Shown: positions 20,166 through 27,514 of the stretch, in pieces
Layout of the letters: each line of letters begins with the position of its first letter
Numbering within the stretch: the stretch's first letter is position 1
Source: Tannockella kyphosi
GTDB lineage: Bacteria > Bacillota_I > Bacilli_A > Erysipelotrichales > Coprobacillaceae
Assembly: GCF_021054785.1 (NCBI RefSeq)
Contig: NZ_CP088239.1
Span: forward strand, 1,470,001 to 1,502,000
DNA length: 32,000 nt
Direction: 5' to 3'
Position numbers and translations under genes: made by a program
The notes under the pieces: generated by a model
Seen by the model: the letters and a program-made list of their open reading frames with translations, nothing else
Told to the model about the DNA's origin: nothing
The model's database searches: none

Positions 20166-21926
20166 TTATTCGTAAGCATTTCCCATATCCATAAATACTT
20201 CTAGGATAGCTAATTCTTTTTCAGGCTTCCCTACTGGACGTACAACGAATTGTCCACAACTAGCAGGAACATATACCGCTTCTGCATATCGAATTGGCAT
20301 TGGTTCAAATGAACCATCCACACTTTCAATACTAGCTTCATCCCCTTCGACTAAGATCATTAATGTAACACGATCATTTGTTTCAAAGAATACACTTTTT
20401 GTAAACCAATAACGATCTACTGTTAATAATTCTAATTCCATTGTACCACTATGTTCTTTTCTCCAACCAGTTCCTCTAGCAATTTCAGAACGTTTAGAAA
20501 CTAAATGATCCATTACATATTTAGTTTGGAATTTTTCTTGAATTACTTGAGAACCACGTTCAATATTAATTGGTCTAGGTTTTCCATCTGCATCAATACG
20601 TCCCCAGTCCCATAATTTAAATGTTTGATATCCAATTGGGTTAATTTCTAGAACTACTGTATCTTTACCAGAACAGTGAATTGTTCCACTAGGAATAAAG
20701 ATATGATCATGAGTTTTCATAGGAATACGATTAATCCATTTTTCATCATCGAATTCACCAGTAACTTGAGCTTCCTTGAAAGCTTCTACTAATTCATCAA
20801 CATTCACTCCATCTTTTGTTCCTAAATATACTGATGAATCTTCTGTCGTATCCATCATATAATAACTTTCATAATGTCCAAAATGATTATTAAATACATC
20901 ATGAGAATAAGCAATATCTGGATGTACTTGTAAGCTTAAGTTTCCTCCACCCCAAGTATCTAAGAAGTCACATCCGATTGGGCAGTTATAGCCAAACCAG
21001 AAGAAGTTTTGATTTCCTAAGAATTCAATTGGTTGATAGTGATAAATATCTCTACCTACTACTCTAAATTCATTATCTCCAATTTTTGCTAACGCACTTT
21101 GATGATTTGTCCAACCATGCATACCCCATGCACTGTTATCATTTTCTAAACCACCACCTAATACATCTTGACACCAATGTCCACCCCAAATACCTCTATT
21201 AAAGAAAGTATCTAATTTAAATGGAGTTGATGCAAAAGTTCTTAATGTTTGACGATAATCTTCACCACTTGTCATTAATGGTTTTTCAATATCATCCCCA
21301 TCAATTACAAAATCCATATCTTCAAAAGATCTTCTTTTATGACGATCTAATAAAATTGATTCTACGAAATTAAATGTTTTTTCTTTTGTTAATGGATCTT
21401 CATCAGGATTGTCCATAGCCCAGTTTGTTAACTCTCCAAAATATCCACTTTTAACTCTTTGGATAGTGATATTGTTATAAACAAAGATATCACCTTTTGT
21501 AATAACAGCTGCTCCAACACCATAAACTACTGTTAAACCATCAAATCCTTCAATTTCAGCTTTTGTAGCTTCTACTTTTGCTTCATCGAAATATTCATCC
21601 ACATGCCCTAAAGCAAACACACCATTAATTCTATCGTCAGTAATATATGGACGATAAATTTTTTCTTGGAATTTTTCTTCACTAATTAAAACACTGTCAC
21701 TACAAATAACATGATCTGGATTTAATTTTTCTATCACTTCACTAATAATTTTTGCATTATCAATATCATAATAATAATCAATTACTAATACACATTTTCC
21801 TGCTTTTTCATCAATTTTACTTTTAATAACATCTCTAATTTCATCATACCCTGTCCAAGAAACTGTCCCAGGTACTGGTAAAACTGGATGTAATTCAAAA
21901 TTTCTTCTTTTTCTAGTCAATGTCAT
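20166..21926 (-). CDS. Two-domain protein A: unassigned ~230-aa N-terminal domain plus a type-I phosphomannose-isomerase-like cupin
   Basis: 586 aa. The C-terminal half aligns by eye to the local ManA: GIWGG, LSLQVHPD, GHYESYY and IPSGTIHCS, so the Q/H/E/H ligand set is kept. The N-terminal half has alternating beta/alpha-like segments (VLVIDYY, LTVVYGVGAA) with no motif I can name. An RBS GGAGGT lies 8 nt upstream of the ATG. Confidence 0.7.
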   Translation of the reverse strand: MTLTRKRRNFELHPVLPVPGTVSWTGYDEIRDVIKSKIDEKAGKCVLVIDYYYDIDNAKIISEVIEKLNPDHVICSDSVLISEEKFQEKIYRPYITDDRINGVFALGHVDEYFDEAKVEATKAEIEGFDGLTVVYGVGAAVITKGDIFVYNNITIQRVKSGYFGELTNWAMDNPDEDPLTKEKTFNFVESILLDRHKRRSFEDMDFVIDGDDIEKPLMTSGEDYRQTLRTFASTPFKLDTFFNRGIWGGHWCQDVLGGGLENDNSAWGMHGWTNHQSALAKIGDNEFRVVGRDIYHYQPIEFLGNQNFFWFGYNCPIGCDFLDTWGGGNLSLQVHPDIAYSHDVFNNHFGHYESYYMMDTTEDSSVYLGTKDGVNVDELVEAFKEAQVTGEFDDEKWINRIPMKTHDHIFIPSGTIHCSGKDTVVLEINPIGYQTFKLWDWGRIDADGKPRPINIERGSQVIQEKFQTKYVMDHLVSKRSEIARGTGWRKEHSGTMELELLTVDRYWFTKSVFFETNDRVTLMILVEGDEASIESVDGSFEPMPIRYAEAVYVPASCGQFVVRPVGKPEKELAILEVFMDMGNAYE

Positions 21927-21939
21927 ATATCATTACCTC

Positions 21940-23721
21940 CTAACAGTTTACATATACTTCTAGAACAGCTAATTCTTCACCAGCTGATTTTCCATAAGGA
22001 CGAATAGTGTATTGTCCTGCTGCAGGTGGTACAAAGACAGCTTCTGCATAGTGCATAATCATTGGTTCAAATTCACCGTCTAAACTTTCAAGAATTGCTT
22101 CTTCACCTTCAACTAATACATGAATCATGATGCAATCATTTGGATCAAAGTGAACTGCATTTTTAAACCAATATCTATTTACTTCCATTGGTGATTCAAA
22201 TGTATTTGTTCCACTTCTTTCTTTACGCCAACCATGTCCACAAGCAATTTCTTGTTTTTTAGAAATAAATTGATCTTTTATCATAGTAGTTTGGAATTCT
22301 TCTTGGATTACATTTTTACCATGATCAATATTAATTGGTCTAGGTTTTCCATCATAATCAAGACGACCCCAATCCCATAATTTAAATGTTGTAAATGAGA
22401 ATAAATCGATTTCTAATGTTAATGTATCTTTTGCAGAAGAATGAATAGTTCCTCCTGGGATAAAGATATGATCATGTTTTTTCATTGGGAAATTATTAAT
22501 CCATTTTTCATCATCAAACTCACCAGTAACTTGTGCTTCTTCAAAAGCTTCTACTAATTCATCTAATTTAACACCATCTTTTGTTCCTAAATATACAGAA
22601 CTGTTTTCACATGCATCTAACATGTAATAACTTTCATAATGACCCCATTTAGAGTTAAATTCTTCTTGTGCATAAGAGATAGTTGGATGAACTTGTAAAC
22701 TTAAGTTTTGACCACCCCAAGTATCTAAGAAATTCACATGTAAAGGACATCTGTATCCATATAGATACCAAATTTTACGTCCTAATGTTTCTTTTGGTGC
22801 GTATTGAACTAAATCTGTTGATGGGAATTCAAATAATGCATTATCTAACTGTGCCGCTACAGCTTGCCAATCTAAATAACCATGAACACCCCAAGCAGAG
22901 TTTTCTAAACCTTCTGCAACACCTAATACTTTTTGAGCCCAGTTACCACCCCAAACTCCAGCTAAGAAAATAGGGATAGGTTTGAATGGACTTGTTGCAA
23001 ATTTCATAACAACAGTATCAAACTGACTTTGTGTAAGCATAACTACATCATCATCTCTATTAAAGTCAACAATGTAATCACATTCTTTCATCATTTTTCT
23101 TTTATGTTTATCTTGAACTATACATTCAACAAATAACCAACGTTTTTCTTTTCTTAAATAATCTTCATCATAGTTTTTAGCACCCCAGTTATCCAAACCT
23201 TCTTTCCATTTATCTTTGATAGTTTGAGAACTGATATTACCGTAAACTAATACATCTGGATTGCACACTAAACTAGCAGCAACACCGTGCACTACAACTA
23301 AACCTTTTGCTTCTTCTATTTGTTTTTTAGTTGCTTCAATACATTCAGGATCTAAGAAATCTGCAATTGTTCCTACAATATACACCCCATTTACACGATC
23401 TTCTGTGATATATTGAGCAAATTTTTTAGATATAATACTTTCATCATATTTACAATCATCGCCATCAACAATAAGTGATGGAGATAATTTATTGGCAATT
23501 TCTTTTACCAAATTTTCATTAATACCATGATAATAGTCAATACAAACTACTACTTTTTCTTTGTTTAAAGACCCAATTTTCTTATTCAATTCTTCAACAA
23601 TTGCATCAATACCTTTTGTTGCAACAACTCCTGGTACTGCTTTTACTGGGTATTTATCAAAATTTGGAACTCTGTTTTCTACTTCGTACATTTTTCTAAC
23701 ATGACAATAAAATATTGTCAT
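21940..23721 (-). CDS. Two-domain protein B: paralogue of A (N-terminal unknown domain plus PMI-like cupin)
   Basis: 593 aa with GVWGG, LSLQVHPT, GHYESYY and IPGGTIHSS. Long blocks are identical to A (SSVYLGTKDGV, DELVEAF.EAQVTGEFDDEKWIN). The start is uncertain: ATG 23721 sits 2 nt after AAAGGAG, and ATG 23691 aligns better with the N-terminus of A. Confidence 0.7.
   Translation of the reverse strand: MTIFYCHVRKMYEVENRVPNFDKYPVKAVPGVVATKGIDAIVEELNKKIGSLNKEKVVVCIDYYHGINENLVKEIANKLSPSLIVDGDDCKYDESIISKKFAQYITEDRVNGVYIVGTIADFLDPECIEATKKQIEEAKGLVVVHGVAASLVCNPDVLVYGNISSQTIKDKWKEGLDNWGAKNYDEDYLRKEKRWLFVECIVQDKHKRKMMKECDYIVDFNRDDDVVMLTQSQFDTVVMKFATSPFKPIPIFLAGVWGGNWAQKVLGVAEGLENSAWGVHGYLDWQAVAAQLDNALFEFPSTDLVQYAPKETLGRKIWYLYGYRCPLHVNFLDTWGGQNLSLQVHPTISYAQEEFNSKWGHYESYYMLDACENSSVYLGTKDGVKLDELVEAFEEAQVTGEFDDEKWINNFPMKKHDHIFIPGGTIHSSAKDTLTLEIDLFSFTTFKLWDWGRLDYDGKPRPINIDHGKNVIQEEFQTTMIKDQFISKKQEIACGHGWRKERSGTNTFESPMEVNRYWFKNAVHFDPNDCIMIHVLVEGEEAILESLDGEFEPMIMHYAEAVFVPPAAGQYTIRPYGKSAGEELAVLEVYVNC
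23701..23721 (-). repeat. Perfect 9-3-9 inverted repeat covering the annotated start codon of PMI-like gene B
   Basis: On the minus strand, ATGACAATA-TTT-TATTGTCAT. The 5' arm begins with the ATG at 23721. Confidence 0.6.
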
Positions 23722-23746
23722 AACTCCTTTCCTACTTTTTTATAAT

Positions 23747-23779
23747 AAAAGGGTTACTAGAATCTAAAGTAACCCTTTT
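23747..23779 (-). terminator. Intra-locus terminator/attenuator-like hairpin between PTS IID and PMI-like gene B
   Basis: aaaagggttac (23747-23757) pairs with gtaaccctttt (23769-23779) around an 11-nt loop. On the minus strand the stem is followed by TTTTATTAT. Confidence 0.5.
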
Positions 23780-23790
23780 TTTGTTTTCTA

Positions 23791-24618
23791 CTAAATAATT
23801 CCTGCTACTGTACAAACAGTTGCGAATACTAATAAAGTTAAAATTAATTTAATTGCACTGAATTTTTTGTATTTCAATAAATAATATCCTACTAAAACTA
23901 AACACATAGGAATTAATTTAGGGAAAATTGCATCAAGTTGACTTTGAATGTTTACTGTATTAGTTTCACTAACGAATTCAGTAACAACATTGAAAGATAC
24001 GAAACTAGCAGTAATTGATCCTACTACTGTAAGACCTAGAACAGATAAAGCTTCTTGGATCTTTGCCATTTTCTTTCCTAATAAATCTTTAGCAGCATCA
24101 CGTCCAATTTGATATCCTTGAGTGAAGAATATTCTAGACATAACTAAACATGAACCAAAATACATTACGATTGCGAAGATTGCTCCAAGTGGGCTACCTC
24201 CAGCAGCTAAACCGATACCAATACTTAATGCGATAGGAGTAATAGTTCCTTGGATAACTGCATCACCGATACCAGCTAAAGGTCCCATTAAACCAACTTT
24301 AATATTATTTACAAATTCGTCTGAAATGTCAGCACCTTTTGCAATTTCTTCTTCTACAGAAGCTACGATACCATTTGTGATTGAACCAAAAATTGGATTT
24401 GTATTATAGAATACTGAATGACGTTTCATTGCAGCAACCATTTTTTCTGGATCATCACTGTAATATTTTTCAAAAATTGGTAACATTGATAATAAGAAAC
24501 CTGGTTGTTGTAAACGTTCAAACCCGAATACACCTAAGTTATATTTGTACCAGAAGTACCAAACCTTATCAAGATCTTTTTTTGTTAAAGGTTCTACTAC
24601 TTTTTCTGTTGAACTCAT
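23791..24618 (-). CDS. PTS mannose-family EIID component
   Basis: 275 aa with the typical IID N-terminus (LTKKDLDKVWY..FERLQQPGFLLSMLP) followed by membrane segments. The start ATG overlaps the IIC stop (ATGA). Confidence 0.9.
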   Translation of the reverse strand: MSSTEKVVEPLTKKDLDKVWYFWYKYNLGVFGFERLQQPGFLLSMLPIFEKYYSDDPEKMVAAMKRHSVFYNTNPIFGSITNGIVASVEEEIAKGADISDEFVNNIKVGLMGPLAGIGDAVIQGTITPIALSIGIGLAAGGSPLGAIFAIVMYFGSCLVMSRIFFTQGYQIGRDAAKDLLGKKMAKIQEALSVLGLTVVGSITASFVSFNVVTEFVSETNTVNIQSQLDAIFPKLIPMCLVLVGYYLLKYKKFSAIKLILTLLVFATVCTVAGII

Positions 24619-25415
24619 AATAATTCATCCTCCTCATCTACTGTCCCAACTGATTGACTACCAGATTCAGCAGTGAACATATAATACATAACAGCTAAAC
24701 AAGTACCGATTACTGCTACAGCAGTCATGTCTAACCCTAAATATCCTATACATACGATACCTAAAACATAATAAATAATGAATTTTGTTTCTTTTAATGT
24801 ATAAGTTAACAAGATTGAAACCCCAACAACTGGTAAGATACCACCTAAGTTACCTGCAATATCTAATACTAATTGAGGTACAGCAGCTAAGAAATCAGCA
24901 GCGAATGCATTTCCTAACATTACAGTTGTGAAAGTTAAACCAAAACGAACAACAAAGCTTGTCACAATTGGTAACACTTTGTAAGTGAATTTTAATTTTT
25001 TAACATCATTTGCTTCAATACATTTATCACCTAAGTTATAGAATACAGAACAGAATACTTCATAAGCTGTAAATACTGCAGCTCCTAATACCCCAATTGT
25101 TGCTGCTAAAGCAACTGCAACTTCCGCATCTGCCCCAGCAATCATTGCAAGTGCAATTGATGGATAAGAAACGAATGCCATATCTGCTACAGCTACCCCA
25201 CCAATTAACGCATTTCCTAAATACATTGCTTGGATTGCAGCTCCGATGATAGCACCAGTAGCCATATCTCCTAAAATAATACCAACGATAACCCCACCAA
25301 CTAATGGTTTTGATAAACAGTCTGCCCAGATAATCCCAAATGGTTGAGGGTTTTCTACTGAACCAAACCAACATGCGATACCTATTAACGCGGCTTGTAA
25401 TACACTAACTTCCAT
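24615..25415 (-). CDS. PTS mannose-family EIIC component
   Basis: 266 aa, highly hydrophobic, with an IIC-Man-like N-terminus (LQAALIGIACWF). An RBS GAAGGAGG lies upstream, and the gene starts 2 nt after the IIB stop. Confidence 0.9.
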   Translation of the reverse strand: MEVSVLQAALIGIACWFGSVENPQPFGIIWADCLSKPLVGGVIVGIILGDMATGAIIGAAIQAMYLGNALIGGVAVADMAFVSYPSIALAMIAGADAEVAVALAATIGVLGAAVFTAYEVFCSVFYNLGDKCIEANDVKKLKFTYKVLPIVTSFVVRFGLTFTTVMLGNAFAADFLAAVPQLVLDIAGNLGGILPVVGVSILLTYTLKETKFIIYYVLGIVCIGYLGLDMTAVAVIGTCLAVMYYMFTAESGSQSVGTVDEEDELL

Positions 25416-25417
25416 GT

Positions 25418-25921
25418 TTATTTTCCTCCTTCATAAACTTTCTTGGCTTCCGCCCAATTTAATCCTTTTTCATCTGGAGTTAATTTGAATTTTAATTCAA
25501 TGTTTTGTGAATCCAGATATTCACAATATTCTACATCTTTCTCTGAAAGGTAAACATTATTATATGCACGTATAGTATTAGGCGCTTTACTTGCAGTACC
25601 GAAAATAATTTCATTACCGAAGTCTACCCCTCTTTTTTTAAGTTCATATAATTGTTCCACTTTTTTTGCAACTAGATAATAATTCTTTTTACCTTCAATA
25701 GCTTTCGGTATTTTTTCTACCGCTTCGTCTACACCAAAGATATAAACTTTCTTTCCTAACGCATTACCAGCTTCAGTAAATATTTCTGTTAAGAAACTGT
25801 CTTCGAAAAACTTATCATCTACAACTAAGATGATTGCATCTCCAACACGAACCTTTGTCCATAAAACAACTACTTGTCCATGGATTAAACGGTCGTCAAT
25901 TCGTACTAAACTAAGTGCCAT
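25418..25921 (-). CDS. PTS mannose-family EIIB component
   Basis: 167 aa. The signature LVRIDDRLIHGQV contains the phosphorylatable His. Confidence 0.92.
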   Translation of the reverse strand: MALSLVRIDDRLIHGQVVVLWTKVRVGDAIILVVDDKFFEDSFLTEIFTEAGNALGKKVYIFGVDEAVEKIPKAIEGKKNYYLVAKKVEQLYELKKRGVDFGNEIIFGTASKAPNTIRAYNNVYLSEKDVEYCEYLDSQNIELKFKLTPDEKGLNWAEAKKVYEGGK

Positions 25922-25960
25922 TATAACGCCTCCTTTTCATGATATACCTGAATCATGATC

Positions 25961-26350
25961 TTACAATTTTTTTACTGCAGTTTTACCAGTTTCCATAGCT
26001 TGGTTTACCAAATCTTCCGTACTCATATCTGTTTGTGAGAAAATCGCCAATTCAATTACCATTGCTAGGTTCATTCCCGCAACTACCGCATAGTCAACTT
26101 CATGTTTACGTATATAACGGAAACATTCGTTGTACGGTGTAGCGTTTGGTATGTCAGTAACAATAATTATTTCGTCAAATGTTTCATTCATTTTTGAAAT
26201 TTTATCTTCTAACGCAGCTCGAAAGCTTTCTACACCATCTTCGCCTAGAGATATGGTATCCACCACTTCTTGGGGTCCCATAATCATTTCTAAACTGTCT
26301 TTCACTCCTACACACATTGTAGAATGACTCACTAATAAAATCCCTCTCAT
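25961..26350 (-). CDS. PTS mannose-family EIIA component
   Basis: 129 aa. The N-terminus ILLVSHSTM carries the His-9-type phosphorylation site, and the fold pattern is EIIA-Man (IIVTDIPNATP). An RBS GAAAGGAGA lies upstream. Confidence 0.85.
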   Translation of the reverse strand: MRGILLVSHSTMCVGVKDSLEMIMGPQEVVDTISLGEDGVESFRAALEDKISKMNETFDEIIIVTDIPNATPYNECFRYIRKHEVDYAVVAGMNLAMVIELAIFSQTDMSTEDLVNQAMETGKTAVKKL

Positions 26351-26420
26351 AGATTCTCCTTTCTAACCTCCCAATTAATGAAAAGATTGTGATGACCAAC
26401 AAACATCAATACATCATGTT

Positions 26421-26444
26421 GTTGTAATGTAGTAACATTACAAC
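26421..26444. promoter_or_regulatory. Perfect 10-4-10 palindrome, candidate operator of the adjacent GntR/HutC regulator
   Basis: gttgtaatgt-agta-acattacaac has a central GT-N4-AC core as in GntR-family sites. It starts 2 nt downstream of the -10 box and so covers the predicted transcription start. Confidence 0.6.
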
Positions 26445-26445
26445 T

Positions 26446-26473
26446 ATTATAGCACATATGTAAGCGGTGTCAA
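26446..26473 (-). promoter_or_regulatory. Near-consensus sigma-A promoter of the PTS locus
   Basis: The minus strand reads TTGACA (26473-26468), a 16-nt spacer, then TGcTATAAT (extended -10, TATAAT at 26451-26446). Confidence 0.7.
26458..26472. promoter_or_regulatory. Catabolite-responsive element (cre, CcpA site)
   Basis: atgtaagcggtgtca fits WTGNAANCGNWNNCW at every constrained position. It overlaps the -35 box and the spacer. Confidence 0.6.
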
Positions 26474-26535
26474 TCATGTTTTCATTAATTTATGTACTTT
26501 TTGTGAATTTTTTATAATGACTTTTTATCTTGTCG

Positions 26536-26585
26536 CAAAATAAAAAAGAGGTTCTATTTTATGTATAACATAAAATAGAATCTCT
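26536..26585 (-). terminator. Rho-independent terminator of the GntR/HutC gene
   Basis: 17-nt arms (26547-26563 and 26569-26585) have one non-Watson-Crick position and a 5-nt loop. On the minus strand the stem is followed by TTTTTTATTTT. Confidence 0.8.
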
Positions 26586-26613
26586 TTCTCTGTTTTCGTC
26601 CTATAAAACTAGA

Positions 26614-27360
26614 TTATAATAAATTGATTTTTAACTCATAATCATTTGCAAGATATTTTGAAGCATTGTATTCTACTGGAAAACCTTTACTAAAAGCTTT
26701 TCTTTTTCTTTCTATTACCGCAAAAGATTCTTCTAATTGAAAATAGTCATGTTCCTTTTCAGTTGCAACATGCGCCGAAATAACTTCATTTACCGCATCA
26801 ACACGATATCCCTTTTCTTCTAACATATCATATAATGACCCTTTAAAATCTTCTACTGTACAATGAATTTTAGGATTTAAGTAAGATTCAGAATGGGTAA
26901 CTACCAAATTATCTACAAGATGTTGTCTAATCATAAAAATACATTTCATACTAACCGTAATTCCAAAGAAATCTCTTATTTCAGCAGGAGGTAAAGCATA
27001 TTCAAGTTTTACTAATTTACGTTCTTGATTATCATTATTTTCTTTTACTCCTAAATAACTAGATTGTAAAGAAGTACTAATTAAATTATCATTTCTTATA
27101 ACGACTGTACCAATCCCTCGTTCTCTAGACACTAACCCCTTAACAAAAAGTCTATCCAACGCTTTACGGACAGTTACTCTAGAGACCTCGTATTTCTCGA
27201 CCAATTCTTTTTCACTAGGAATTAAATCGCCTTGTTTATAAACTTTATTTAAAATATCCGCTTCTATTATATCGTACAATTGGCTCCATAATGGTTTTTC
27301 ACCTGCACCTTGAATAAGTCTCACAATAATCCCTACTTTCTTTTCACTTTCAATTCTCAT
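26614..27360 (-). CDS. GntR-family transcriptional regulator, HutC subfamily (wHTH plus UTRA effector domain)
   Basis: The N-terminal wHTH reads PLWSQLYDIIEADI..GDLIPSEKELVEKYEVSRVTVRKALDRL. The C-terminal ~150 aa is UTRA-like. The start is uncertain: ATG 27360 lacks an RBS, and the alternative GTG 27324 follows TAGGGA. Confidence 0.85.
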   Translation of the reverse strand: MRIESEKKVGIIVRLIQGAGEKPLWSQLYDIIEADILNKVYKQGDLIPSEKELVEKYEVSRVTVRKALDRLFVKGLVSRERGIGTVVIRNDNLISTSLQSSYLGVKENNDNQERKLVKLEYALPPAEIRDFFGITVSMKCIFMIRQHLVDNLVVTHSESYLNPKIHCTVEDFKGSLYDMLEEKGYRVDAVNEVISAHVATEKEHDYFQLEESFAVIERKRKAFSKGFPVEYNASKYLANDYELKINLL

Positions 27361-27514
27361 TATAAGCTTTTTTCAAATTTTGTAAATGAATTTCCTTTTA
27401 TAATACTAATCTTTTTCTTTATTATTTTCTTTTTTTAAAAAAGTCATACTATTTACAATCACTGAACTATAATATTAAAAAGAAACTGATTTGACAGTTA
27501 AGGGAGAAAAGAAC

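Noticed and set aside
22683-22973. 96-aa + strand ORF inside PMI-like gene B
   Set aside because: It is antisense to a gene with clear paralogue support, has no RBS, and its sequence is not protein-like.
24122-26402. ORFs 24122-24409 (+), 24381-24620 (+), 25060-25374 (-), 26130-26327 (+) and 26202-26402 (-)
   Set aside because: They are antisense or alternative-frame ORFs within the PTS IID, IIC and IIA genes. The 104-aa same-strand frame in IIC is Cys/Trp/Arg/Ser/Gly-rich, which is the expected out-of-frame read of Gly/Ala/Val/Ile-rich membrane-protein codons.
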